From NCBI GenBank assembly GCA_036524375.1, contig DATDCK010000053.1:12279-76278 (forward strand): a stretch of 64,000 nt of DNA, written 5' to 3'. Under the pieces are notes generated by a model. That model worked only from the letters and a program-made list of their open reading frames with translations. It made no database searches and had not been told where the DNA came from. The stretch is from Solirubrobacterales bacterium. Its GTDB lineage: Bacteria > Actinomycetota > Thermoleophilia > Solirubrobacterales > 70-9. The position numbers and the translations under genes are program-made. Shown here piece by piece: positions 33,625 to 43,105 of the stretch; within the stretch, counting starts at the first letter, position 1; the number at the start of each line of letters is the position of its first letter.

Positions 33625-35522
33625 TTGTCCTCCGCGTCATCCACGACCTCTGCGTCGACGACCTCCTCGTCGTCGTCACCCGAGGAGTCGTCGTCGCTGG
33701 CACCGTCGCTCGAGGCGGCCTGCTCCTCTTGTGCAGCGGCGTAGATCTGCTCGGAGATCTTCTGCATCGCCGCGGTCAGGGCCTCGGTCTTGGAGTTGAC
33801 CTCCTCGACGCTCTCGGAGGTCAGCGAGTCACGGACCTCCTTGATCGCGCCCTCGATCTCCTCCTTGCTCGAGGTGTCGACTTTGTCGCCGAGCTCCTCG
33901 AGTTGTTTCTCGGACTGGTAGGCGAGGTTCTCGCCGACGTTGCGGGCCTCGGCCAGCTCACGCTGCTTCCGGTCCTCGTCGGCATGGGTCTCGGCGTCGG
34001 AGACCATGCTTTGGATTTCCTCGTCGGAGAGGCCGGAGCCGGATTTGATCTCGATCTTCTGCTCTTTGCCGGTCCCCAGGTCTTTGGCGGTGACGTTGAG
34101 GATGCCGTTGGCGTCGATGTCGAAGGTGACCTCGATCTGCGGCATCCCCCGCGGCGCCGGCGGGATCCCGGTGAGCTGGAATTTGCCGAGGCTCTTGTTG
34201 CCGCTCACCATCTCGCGCTCGCCCTGGAGGACATGGATCTCGACTGACGGCTGGTTGTCGTCGGCGGTCGAGAACGTCTCCGACTTCTTCGTCGGGATCG
34301 TCGTGTTGCGCTCGATCAGTTTCGTCATCACGCCGCCTTTGGTCTCGATTCCGAGGGTCAGCGGGGTGACGTCGAGGAGCAGGACGTCCTTGACGTCGCC
34401 GGCGAGGACACCGGCCTGGATGCCGGCGCCGACGGCGACGACCTCGTCGGGATTGACGCCCTGGTGGGGGTCTTTCCCGGTCAGCTCTTTGACGCGCTCG
34501 CGGACCGCGGGCATGCGGGTCATACCGCCGACGAGGACGACGTGGTCGATCGTCGCGTCGGCGTCGTCGAGCGCCCGTTTGACCGGGCCGACGATCCGCT
34601 CCAGTAGGTCGGAGGTCAGCTCGTTCAGCTTCGACCGCGAGAGCTTCAGGTCGAGGTGCTTCGGCTGGCCCTCGACCGCGGTGATGAAGGGCAGGTTGAT
34701 CTGCGTCTCCTGGGTGGAGGAGAGCTCGATCTTCGCCTTCTCGGCCGCCTCGTAGAGGCGCTGCAGGGAGTTCTTGTCGGCGGCGAGGTCGACGCCCTGG
34801 TCCTTCTTGAACTCGGCGACCAGCCACTCGACGATCGCTTTGTCCCAGTTGTCGCCGCCGAGGTGGTTGTCGCCGGCGGTCGACTTGACCTCGAAGACGC
34901 CATCGCCGATTTCGAGGACGGAGACGTCGAAGGTGCCGCCGCCGAGGTCGAAGACGAGAATCGTCTGGTCGGCTTTCTCTTTGTCGAGGCCGTAGGCGAG
35001 CGAGGCTGCGGTCGGCTCGTTGATGATCCGCTTCACCTCGAGGCCGGCGATCTTGCCGGCGTCCTTGGTCGCCTGGCGCTGGTCGTCGTTGAAGTAGGCG
35101 GGGACGGTGATCACGGCGCTGTCGACCGTCTCGCCGAGCTTCGCTTCGGCATCGGTCTTCAGCTTCTGGAGGATCATCGCGCTGATCTCCGGGGGGCTGT
35201 ACTGCTTGTCGCGAACCTCGATCCGGACGTCGCCGTTGGGCCCGGCCACGACCTTGTAGGGGACGATCGTCTCCTCCTCTTTGACTTCGGCCTCCTTGCG
35301 GCCCATGAAGCGCTTGATCGAGAAGATCGTGTTCTCGGGGTTCATCACCGCCTGCCGTTTGGCGACGGTCCCGACCAGGCGCTCGCCCGACTCGGTGAAA
35401 GCGACGACGGACGGGGTCGTGCGACCGCCCTCCGAGTTCTCGAGGACCGTCGGCTCGCCCCCCTCCAGCACCGCAACGCACGAGTTGGTCGTGCCAAGAT
35501 CGATTCCGATCGTTTTACCCAC
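33621..35522 (-). CDS. dnaK: molecular chaperone DnaK (Hsp70)
   Basis: [17 protein letters not shown] and [10 protein letters not shown] signatures. GTG start with GGAGG 6 nt upstream. Confidence 0.97.
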
Positions 35523-35571
35523 TAGCTACCTCCAAGCTCCTATTTGATCTGCCTTAAAAAATCTAAGTGCG

Positions 35572-35600
35572 AGTATGGCAGATTGTGATTGGCCGCTCAA
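35572..35600 (-). promoter_or_regulatory. sigma-70-type promoter of the dnaK operon (TTGAGC-17 nt-CATACT)
   Basis: On the minus strand, TTGAGC is at 35600-35595, the spacer is exactly 17 nt, and CATACT is at 35577-35572. This lies about 50 nt upstream of the dnaK GTG. The 7-bp inverted repeat ATCTGCC/GGCAGAT (35547-35583) spans the -10. Confidence 0.5.
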
Positions 35601-35749
35601 CCCCGGATTCGCCCCCGGCAGCGAAGCGAATCGACATATAGTGGGTTGTGCGTGTAGCGGGGTCGGATCGCGCAGGGGCGCTGTCCGGCCGGAGGAACGC
35701 CTCAGCGAAAACGGTGCCCGTCGGGCGCCGACGACGAAGAGGAGACGAC

Positions 35750-36922
35750 TTGAGTCACGCTCACGTAACAGCCAGGCGCGCCGCGCTTATCGCGCTCGCA
35801 GCCGCCCTGGTCTTCGCCCTGCTCGCGATCCCCGCGGCCGACGCGAAGAAGAAGAAGCCGAAGAAGCAGGAGGAAGTCGTCAAGGTGATGACGCGGAACC
35901 TCTACCTCGGCGCCGACCTGACCCCGGCGATCGAAGCCAAAGGCCTGAACGAATTCACCGCGGCCAACGGCAAAATCTCCCGTGATGTCGAAGCCAACAA
36001 CTTCCCGGTCCGGGCCCAGGGCCTGGCCGCAGAGATCAAGAAGAAGAGCCCCGACGTGGTCGGCCTCCAGGAGGTCTCGCTCTGGCGGGTCGGCCCCCCG
36101 AGCCTCGAACCGCTGCTCGGCGGCCGCGCCCCGAATGCGACGACCGTCAAGTACGACTACCTGCAGCTCCTTCTCGACCAGCTGAACAAGGGCAAGAAGC
36201 GCTACCGGGTCGCCGTCGCTCAGGACGAGTTCGACTTCGAAGCGCCCGCCGACGAGAACAACATCCCCGGCGACGGGCCGAACAAAGTGATCCCGAACGC
36301 CGAGATCAACGGCCGGCTGACGATGCGCGACGTGATCCTCGTCAAGGTCGGCTCGGTCAAGGCGACCAACCCGAAGAGCGGCAACTTCGCGAACCTCTAC
36401 GTCGTCACCCTGCAGGGAGTCCAGATCCCCGTCACCCGCGGCTGGACCGCGATCGACGCGAAGGTCGGCAACAAGGGCAAGAAGTTCCACTTCGTCAACT
36501 CCCATTTCGAGGCGTTCGACGATGCCAACCAGGTGCCCAGCATCCGCGCCCTGCAGGCGGGCGAGCTGGTCGCCAAAGGCGGCCCGGTCGACTCGAAGCT
36601 GCCGACGATCGTGCTCGGCGACTTCAACTCCGACGACGACACCGTCGCCACCGGGGACCAGCAGGCCTACAGGGCGCTGACCGCGGCCGGCCTGCGCGAG
36701 CGCAGCACCGCGAAACCGCTGAGCTGCTGCCTGAAGACCAGCCTGATCGGCGAGACGGCGGGCGGCAACATCGCCGACTTCGACCATCAGGTCGACCACA
36801 TCATGACCGCGGACCCGAAGACGGTGAAGCTGAAGTCCTCGTCGGTCACCGGGCGCACACCGGTGAACGGCTTCTGGAACTCAGACCACGCCGGTGTGTT
36901 CAGCTCACTGATCCTGAAGTAG
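35750..36922 (+). CDS. secreted endonuclease/exonuclease/phosphatase (EEP) family protein
   Basis: TTG start with GGAG 5 nt upstream, then signal peptide ...LLAIPAADA. Motifs VVGLQEV, VNSHFEAF, LGDFNSD and SDHAGVF. The most upstream start in the track is 35648. Confidence 0.8.
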   Translation: MSHAHVTARRAALIALAAALVFALLAIPAADAKKKKPKKQEEVVKVMTRNLYLGADLTPAIEAKGLNEFTAANGKISRDVEANNFPVRAQGLAAEIKKKSPDVVGLQEVSLWRVGPPSLEPLLGGRAPNATTVKYDYLQLLLDQLNKGKKRYRVAVAQDEFDFEAPADENNIPGDGPNKVIPNAEINGRLTMRDVILVKVGSVKATNPKSGNFANLYVVTLQGVQIPVTRGWTAIDAKVGNKGKKFHFVNSHFEAFDDANQVPSIRALQAGELVAKGGPVDSKLPTIVLGDFNSDDDTVATGDQQAYRALTAAGLRERSTAKPLSCCLKTSLIGETAGGNIADFDHQVDHIMTADPKTVKLKSSSVTGRTPVNGFWNSDHAGVFSSLILK

Positions 36923-36982
36923 ACCGCTCGAGCGGCGTCGAACGGGCGCCGTCCCCAACATCACCACCAAGCCGGCCCCGGA

Positions 36983-37038
36983 CGTGGAAATGTGGACGCG
37001 AGGCTTCCGGATGTGATCAGCGCGTCCGCGTTTCCACG
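36983..37038. terminator. long interrupted hairpin between convergent genes (candidate bidirectional terminator)
   Basis: CGTGGAAAtgtGGACGCG (36983-37000) is complementary to CGCGTCCgcgTTTCCACG (37021-37038), giving 8+7 bp around a 3x3 internal loop. GTTTTG follows on the plus strand. Confidence 0.5.
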
Positions 37039-37055
37039 GAGGAGCCGGCGTTTTG

Positions 37056-37475
37056 TCAGCTCTCGCCGGCGGTGCGGGCTACGAATTCGGCGACTTCTTC
37101 GGCCTGTTCGCCCGAGAGGATGCCGCCCGGCATGCGACCGGGGACGGTGGTCCCGTCGACGCCTTTTTCGATCGCGCTGAGGACCCGTTCCTTCAGTCCC
37201 TTGATCGTGGCCTCCGAGCCTTCGCCGGTCGGCGGGCCCGAGGGCGCGAGCAGTTCGTCGAGGTCGGGCGCGTAGTTGCCGTCGCTGCCGGCGGCGTAGA
37301 GGGTGTGGCAGTTGCCACAGTTGGTCTGGAACAGGGCCTGACCGCCCTCAAGCCCGGCGGGCACCTCCTGGGCGCCGCGGGCGGCGTCGCCGTCGGAGCG
37401 GAAGACCAGCCAGGGGATGACGACGGCCAGGACGGCGACCAGCAGTCCGAAAAGGACGAAGGTTTTCTTGCTCAC
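37056..37475 (-). CDS. membrane-anchored class I c-type cytochrome
   Basis: The GTG at 37473-37475 overlaps the nth stop (GTGA). N-terminal TM FVLFGLLVAVLAVVIPWLVF, heme motif CGNCH, distal Met in GRMPGG. Confidence 0.8.
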   Translation of the reverse strand: MSKKTFVLFGLLVAVLAVVIPWLVFRSDGDAARGAQEVPAGLEGGQALFQTNCGNCHTLYAAGSDGNYAPDLDELLAPSGPPTGEGSEATIKGLKERVLSAIEKGVDGTTVPGRMPGGILSGEQAEEVAEFVARTAGES

Positions 37476-38155
37476 GCGTGCCCCGAACTCATTTTGCGCT
37501 CGGCACGGTACCAGGGGCACATACGTCGAAGCTCGCACTCCCCGCAGCGCGGCGTCGGCCGGCACAGCTCGCGGCCGTGCCGGATCAGGTTCATGTGGAG
37601 CTCGTAGGCGTCCTCGGGGTCAACGACGGCCAGCATCTCGTCGTGGGCCATCTCGAACGAGGCTTTCGGCGGGAACAACCCGAGACGGCCGCCGACGCGG
37701 TGGACGTGGACGTCGACAGGAATCTCGGGGATATCCCAGGTGAAGATCAGCACGCAGGCCGCGGTTTTGCGTCCGACCCCCGGCAGCGAGAGCAGGTACT
37801 CGAGCGACTCCTCGCGGCTTGCGGACCGCGTCCAGTCGAGGTCGGGCGGCTCGCCGAGCTGCTCGAGGATCGCCTGGATCCGGGGCGCCTTCTGTTTCGC
37901 CAGCCCGCCGGGCCTGATCGCCTCCTCGAGCTCCTCGAGCGGGGCGTCGCGGACCTGCTCCCAGGCCGGGAACCGCTCGCGCAGGGTGGCGAACGAGCGG
38001 TCGCGGTTGCGGTCGTTGGTGTGCTGGGAGAGGACCGTCTTGATCAGCTCGGCGATCGGGTCTCCGTGGGGCTCGTTGACCGGCCTCCCGTACATCTCCC
38101 GCAGGCGGTCGCGGATCGCCCGCACCCGCTGCCTCGTCGGCCGTTTCCACGCCAC
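37472..38155 (-). CDS. nth: endonuclease III
   Basis: HhH-GPD fold (LLSLPGVGRKTAACVL, VDVHVHRV) and 4Fe-4S loop CRPTPRCGECELRRMC. Confidence 0.93.
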   Translation of the reverse strand: MAWKRPTRQRVRAIRDRLREMYGRPVNEPHGDPIAELIKTVLSQHTNDRNRDRSFATLRERFPAWEQVRDAPLEELEEAIRPGGLAKQKAPRIQAILEQLGEPPDLDWTRSASREESLEYLLSLPGVGRKTAACVLIFTWDIPEIPVDVHVHRVGGRLGLFPPKASFEMAHDEMLAVVDPEDAYELHMNLIRHGRELCRPTPRCGECELRRMCPWYRAERKMSSGHA

Positions 38156-38200
38156 GCTCGGACCCTAGCCTCTGCCCGGCGCCGGGCATATTGTTGCCGC

Positions 38201-39019
38201 GTGGCGACGACGATCGAGGAGGGGGAGCTCACCCACGCGGGTGTCCGGGTCTTCTACCGGCGGGTGCCGGGGGAGGGGACGCCGACCGTCTACTGCCACG
38301 GCAACCCCAGTCACGGCGAGGACTGGATTCCGTTCATGGAGCGCGGCGGGCCTTCGATCGCGATCGACATGCCGGGCTGGGGCCGTTCCGAGCGACCCGA
38401 CCCGACTCACTTCGACTACTCGATGTACGGGCTCTCGGCCTTCCTCGAGGGGTGCCTCGACGAGCTTGGCGTCGCGGAGCGCAAGCTGGTGGTCCACGAC
38501 TGGGGAGCGCTGGCGCTGATCGGCGCCCAGCGCAGGCCGGAGCTGGTCGAGAAGCTGGTCGCAATCAACACCGTGCCGCTGACCCCCGGCTACCGTTGGC
38601 ACTGGATCGCCCAGATCTGGCGGCGCCGGCCCGCGGGCGAGATCTTCAACCGGATGACCAGCAGGTCAGGGGTGGCGCTGCTGATGAGGCAGGCAAGCGG
38701 GGATCGGGGGCCGATGCCGCCGGACTTCGTCGACATGATCTGGGATCGCTGGGACGCCGGCACCGGCAAGGCCACTCTTGCCCTCTACCGCCACGCCGAC
38801 CCAGATCGCCTGGTCGCCGCCGGAAGAGACCTGGGGCGGCTCTCCTGCCCGTCGCTCGTCCTCTGGGGCGAGCGTGACCCGTATCTGCCGACGGACTTCG
38901 CGCAGGCGTTCGCCGAGGCGCTCCCCGACGCCGAGATGGACCTGATCCCCGGGGCCGGCCACTGGCCTTGGATCGACGACGCCCGTGTGGTCGGCCGAGT
39001 CCACGATTTCGTCTCCTGA
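38201..39019 (+). CDS. alpha/beta hydrolase (haloalkane dehalogenase/epoxide hydrolase-like)
   Basis: GTG start (VATTIEEG). HGNPSHGEDW, nucleophile elbow VVHDWGALA and C-terminal GAGHWPWIDD. Track ORF 37478..39019 trimmed. Confidence 0.85.
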   Translation: MATTIEEGELTHAGVRVFYRRVPGEGTPTVYCHGNPSHGEDWIPFMERGGPSIAIDMPGWGRSERPDPTHFDYSMYGLSAFLEGCLDELGVAERKLVVHDWGALALIGAQRRPELVEKLVAINTVPLTPGYRWHWIAQIWRRRPAGEIFNRMTSRSGVALLMRQASGDRGPMPPDFVDMIWDRWDAGTGKATLALYRHADPDRLVAAGRDLGRLSCPSLVLWGERDPYLPTDFAQAFAEALPDAEMDLIPGAGHWPWIDDARVVGRVHDFVS

Positions 39020-39060
39020 ATCCCGTCTCAGGCCGGTAACAGGATCTCTACAATCGTCGG

Positions 39061-39840
39061 ATGGCTCGCGCGTACAACGCGGTCGGCGAAAGGCTGCCCA
39101 AGGGCTGGGGCGACCTCGTGCGGCAGATCGGGATCCTGGTCGGTGTCGACCTCGCCTACACGTTCGTGCGCGGGATCGTCGACTCCGAGAAAGGCCTGGC
39201 GATGGCCCACGGCCAGCAGCTGATCGACTTCGAGAAAGCGACCGGGACCTTTTTCGAGCCGGACCTGCAGGCGTTCTTCCTGCCCGCCCAGTGGACGATC
39301 GACTTCGCCAACCAGATCTACCTCAACGCCCAGTTCTCGATCGCGATCGGCTTCCTGTTCTGGCTCTACTTGTTCCGCAACGAGTCCTATTACTTCGTGC
39401 GCAACATGTTTGTGGTGGCGATGGGGATCGCCCTGGTCGGCTATACCGCCTACCCGACGGCGCCGCCGCGGATGTTCGAACACCTCGGCTTCGTCGACAC
39501 GCTCAACGCCTACTCCGACGTCGGCCACGACTCCTCGATCGCGAAAATCTTCATCAACCCCTATGCGGCCGTGCCGAGCATGCATTGCGCCTTCGCGATG
39601 ATGATCGGCGCCAGCGGCGTGATGATCTGCCGCCACTGGTGGGCTAAAACCTGGTGGGCGGTCTGGCCTCTGCTCGTCAGTTGGGTCACGATCGTCACCG
39701 CCAACCACTACTGGGTCGATGCGGCGCTGGGTTGGATGGTCGCGCTGGCCGCGGCCCTGGCCGCACTGCGCCTCGCCCGAGCCCGACCCGAAGCCTGGTC
39801 TTTCCGCGCCCCCAAGGCGAGGCGCGAGGTCGAGGCATAG
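39061..39840 (+). CDS. PAP2_3 (Aur1/Ipt1-like inositol-phosphotransferase type) membrane protein
   Basis: Multi-TM protein. Motifs AAVPSMHCAFAM and TANHYWVDAALG correspond to the SxH and HYxxD motifs of Aur1/sphingomyelin-synthase-type PAP2 proteins. No KxxxxxxRP motif seen. Confidence 0.75.
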   Translation: MARAYNAVGERLPKGWGDLVRQIGILVGVDLAYTFVRGIVDSEKGLAMAHGQQLIDFEKATGTFFEPDLQAFFLPAQWTIDFANQIYLNAQFSIAIGFLFWLYLFRNESYYFVRNMFVVAMGIALVGYTAYPTAPPRMFEHLGFVDTLNAYSDVGHDSSIAKIFINPYAAVPSMHCAFAMMIGASGVMICRHWWAKTWWAVWPLLVSWVTIVTANHYWVDAALGWMVALAAALAALRLARARPEAWSFRAPKARREVEA

Positions 39841-39879
39841 GCCCGCCGCCCCGCGCGGGCAGGCGATAGCCTCACGCCA

Positions 39880-40539
39880 ATGGATTCTTCGGCGCCCCCC
39901 AGGGCTCCGGGCCCGCGCCGCAACGGTCGCCAGGCCCGCAGCACCCAGGAGTTCCGGGCGTACGCCCGCGACCGCCTGATCGAGTCGCGCCTGACCCCGA
40001 ACGCGATCTCGATGGTCGGCCTCGCGGGCAACGTGATCGCCGCCGTCCTGGTCACCCAGCGACTCTTCTTCCTCGCCGGCATCGCCTTCATCCTCGGCTC
40101 GGTGATGGACACGCTCGACGGCCGCTACTCGCGGATGTCGGGCAAGGGGACGCTGTTCGGGGCCTTCCTCGACTCGACCCTGGACCGGATCGAGGAGGGG
40201 ATCGTGCTGGCCGCCGTCGCCGGCTACTTCGCCGCGACCGGCGACGACTTCGCCGCCGCGATGTGCGTGGTCGCCGTGCTCGGCTCGCTGATGGTCTCCT
40301 ATACCCGCGCCCGGGCCGAGGCGCTCGGGGTCGAATGCAAGGTCGGTTTGGCAACACGACCGGTCAGGGTGGTGCTACTTTCGATCGGCCTGGTCTTCGC
40401 CAAGGGCGCCGGAATCGGCGATTTCGAACTGTTGGCGCCCTCGATCTACGTGGTCGCGGCGCTGACCATCGTCACCGTGATCCAGCGCGTCTGGCATGTG
40501 CGAAACGAGCTATCCAAAGAGGCTGCAGACCAGCCTTGA
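39880..40539 (+). CDS. CDP-alcohol phosphatidyltransferase (phosphatidylinositol-phosphate synthase-like)
   Basis: Motif DTLDGRYSRMSGKGTLFGAFLDSTLDR, which fits D-x2-D-G-x2-A/S-R...G-x3-D-x3-D. Multi-TM. Immediately upstream of ino1. Confidence 0.88.
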   Translation: MDSSAPPRAPGPRRNGRQARSTQEFRAYARDRLIESRLTPNAISMVGLAGNVIAAVLVTQRLFFLAGIAFILGSVMDTLDGRYSRMSGKGTLFGAFLDSTLDRIEEGIVLAAVAGYFAATGDDFAAAMCVVAVLGSLMVSYTRARAEALGVECKVGLATRPVRVVLLSIGLVFAKGAGIGDFELLAPSIYVVAALTIVTVIQRVWHVRNELSKEAADQP

Positions 40540-40609
40540 GCTGTAACCAGTCGGCGCCACGGGTGTGGAATGCCAACCAGCGAGAACTTGAGGAAGGACT
40601 TTCGAATTC

Positions 40610-41788
40610 ATGAGTGAGAGCAACGGAGCAAACGGCCACACGAACGGCGCGGCCCGCGAGGACGAGAAGGTCCGCGTCGCGATCGTCGGCGTCGGCAACT
40701 GTGCCAACTCCTTCATCCAGGGCATCGAGTACTACAAGGACGCCGACCCGGCCGACGAAGTACCGGGCCTGATGCACGTCGACCTCGGCGGCTACCACGT
40801 CAGCGACGTCGAGTTCGTCGCCGCCTTCGACATCGACGCCGAGAAGGTCGGCAAGGACCTATCCGAGGCGATCTGGTCGGGCCAGAACGACACGATCAAG
40901 TTCGCCGACGTCCCCGAGATGGGCGTCAAGGTCGAGCGCGGCATGACCCACGACGGCCTCGGCAAGTACCTGAAAGAAAAAATCACCAAAGCTCCCGGTG
41001 AGACCGCCGACATCGTCGGCATCCTCAAAGAGACGAAGACGGACGTGCTCGTCTGCTACCTCCCGGTCGGTTCCGAGGACGCGGTCAAGTGGTACGTCGA
41101 GCAGGCGCTGAAGGCCGGCGTCGGCTTCGTCAACTGCCTGCCGGTGTTCATCGCCCGCGAGGACTACTGGGACAAGCGCTTCGACGAGGCCGGGCTGCCG
41201 ATCATCGGCGACGACATCAAGTCCCAGGTCGGGGCGACGATCGTCCACCGCCAGCTCGCCCGGCTCTTCCACGACCGCGGCGTTCGCCTCGAGCGCACCT
41301 CGCAGCTCAACGTCGGCGGAAACATGGACTTCTACAACATGCTCGAGCGCGAGCGGCTCGACTCGAAGAAGATCTCGAAGACCAACGCCGTGACCTCGAT
41401 CATGGGCCACGAGCTGCCCGCCGACCAGGTCCACGTCGGTCCCTCCGACTACGTGCCGTGGCTCACCGATCGCAAGTGGGCGCACATTCGCCTCGAGGGC
41501 AAAGCCTTCGGCGACGTGCCGCTGACCGCCGAGCTGAAGCTCGAGGTCTGGGACTCGCCGAACTCGGCGGGCGTCGTGATCGACGCGGTCCGGATCCTGA
41601 AGCTGGCGCTCAACAACGGCGTCGCCGGCCAACTCGACGGGCCATCCAGCTACCTGATGAAGTCTCCGCACAGCCAGCGCCCGGATGACGACGCGCGCGA
41701 GCAGACCGAGGAGTTCATCGCCAAGTACTCGCGTTCGAAGACCCCGGTCGCGGGCGCGACCAAGGCCGAGGCGAAGACCGAGGCTTGA
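40610..41788 (+). CDS. ino1: myo-inositol-1-phosphate synthase
   Basis: [24 protein letters not shown]...LNVGGNMDF...[10 protein letters not shown] is typical of the actinobacterial Ino1. Confidence 0.93.
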   Translation: MSESNGANGHTNGAAREDEKVRVAIVGVGNCANSFIQGIEYYKDADPADEVPGLMHVDLGGYHVSDVEFVAAFDIDAEKVGKDLSEAIWSGQNDTIKFADVPEMGVKVERGMTHDGLGKYLKEKITKAPGETADIVGILKETKTDVLVCYLPVGSEDAVKWYVEQALKAGVGFVNCLPVFIAREDYWDKRFDEAGLPIIGDDIKSQVGATIVHRQLARLFHDRGVRLERTSQLNVGGNMDFYNMLERERLDSKKISKTNAVTSIMGHELPADQVHVGPSDYVPWLTDRKWAHIRLEGKAFGDVPLTAELKLEVWDSPNSAGVVIDAVRILKLALNNGVAGQLDGPSSYLMKSPHSQRPDDDAREQTEEFIAKYSRSKTPVAGATKAEAKTEA

Positions 41789-41815
41789 CATGAGGGCCGC
41801 CAAGCGCGGCCTCTT

Positions 41816-43105
41816 ATGCTGCAGGGCGTGTCGGCCGAGCGCCTCTCGATAGCCCAGGTGACCCCGCACCGGCGGGGCACCCGGAACGCGGTCAACGAGT
41901 ACGTGACCGGCGTCGCCGAGGAGCTCGGGCGGCGCGGTCACGAAGTCGTCATCCTCGGCTCCGGCGACGGCGTCAAAAAGCGGCTCGCGGGCGGCGAGTT
42001 CGACATCGTCCACGTTCACGAGCCGTTCGCGCCGCGGATCTCCTCGGCCGCGCTCCGTCATTCCTACTCGCTCAACGTCGCCACCTTCCACGCGCCGCAG
42101 GAGCGGGTCCTGTCGACCCAGGTGGCGCGGCCCCTGGTCGAGATCTTCTTCGGCCGCCTCGACGCGCGAACGGTGTCCTCGGCCGCGACCGGGCAGCTGC
42201 TCGAGCGCTACTTCCCGGGCACCTACGAGCTGATCGAGCCGGCCGGGGGGGACCGCGACTGGGCCGGGGTCGCCGCCGAATGCGAGGCCGTCTACCTGCG
42301 TCTCGCCGCCCGTCGCCACACCGGCGTTGGCGACTCGGGGGCGCGGCGGCGGATCGCCGAGCGGCCGCTGATCGAGGTCGACCTGCACATGCACACCGAC
42401 CACTCGCCGGACTGCGCGACGCCGGTCGAGGTGCTGCTGCAGACGGCCCGTGACCGCGGCCTGGGGGCAATCGCGATCACCGACCACAACGAGGTCTCCG
42501 GCGCGATCGAGGCACGGCGGATCGCCGAGCAGATGGGCGACATCAAGGTGATCGTCGCCGAGGAGGTGAAGACCGCCGAGCAGGGTGAGGTGATCGGGCT
42601 GTTCCTCGAGGAGAAGATCCCCAAGGGCCTGACGATGGCGGAGACGATCGCCGAGATCCGCAACCAGGGCGGCCTCGTCTATGTGCCGCATCCGTTCGAT
42701 CGCTTCCACTCGGTCCCCGACTACGAGCACCTGCTCGACATGGTCGAGGAGATCGACATCCTCGAGGTCTTCAACCCGCGGGTCGCGGTGACGGCGTTCA
42801 ACGAGGAGGCCGAGCGCTTCGCCAGCAAGTACCGGATCGTCTCCGGGGCAGGCAGCGACAGCCACGTCGCCCAGGGGTTGGGCAGCGTGCGGGTCAGGAT
42901 CCACGACTTTGAGGGCCCGGCCGAGTTCCTCGAGGCGATGCGGGACGCCGACATCACCCGCAAGCACAAGAACCTCGTCTACGTCCAGGCGCTGAAGCTG
43001 CTGCAGACCAAAGGGCGGCAGAAAGCGGCAAAGCGCAGCGTCCCGGACGCGAAACCCGTGCGTGGCGGCCGTCCGCGGCGAAAGCGCGCCGTCGGCAAGA
43101 GCTGA
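41816..43105 (+). CDS. fusion protein: GT4 glycosyltransferase N-terminal domain only, plus a PHP-family metal-dependent phosphoesterase
   Basis: The N-terminal ~170 aa (VTGVAEELGRRGHEVVILGS...DIVHVHEPF...) resemble the GT4 acceptor-side Rossmann domain, but the donor-binding EX7E domain is absent. The C-terminal ~230 aa carry IEVDLHMHTDHSPDC...AITDHN...VPHPFD (PHP). Basic tail. Confidence 0.75.
   Translation: MLQGVSAERLSIAQVTPHRRGTRNAVNEYVTGVAEELGRRGHEVVILGSGDGVKKRLAGGEFDIVHVHEPFAPRISSAALRHSYSLNVATFHAPQERVLSTQVARPLVEIFFGRLDARTVSSAATGQLLERYFPGTYELIEPAGGDRDWAGVAAECEAVYLRLAARRHTGVGDSGARRRIAERPLIEVDLHMHTDHSPDCATPVEVLLQTARDRGLGAIAITDHNEVSGAIEARRIAEQMGDIKVIVAEEVKTAEQGEVIGLFLEEKIPKGLTMAETIAEIRNQGGLVYVPHPFDRFHSVPDYEHLLDMVEEIDILEVFNPRVAVTAFNEEAERFASKYRIVSGAGSDSHVAQGLGSVRVRIHDFEGPAEFLEAMRDADITRKHKNLVYVQALKLLQTKGRQKAAKRSVPDAKPVRGGRPRRKRAVGKS

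Noticed and set aside
35553-35567. CTTA-N7-TAAG upstream of dnaK as a possible HspR HAIR operator.
   Set aside because: Only 4-bp arms are present. The consensus CTTGAGT-N7-ACTCAAG is not matched beyond the outer bases, so I do not call it a HAIR site. It is reported only as context in a finding.
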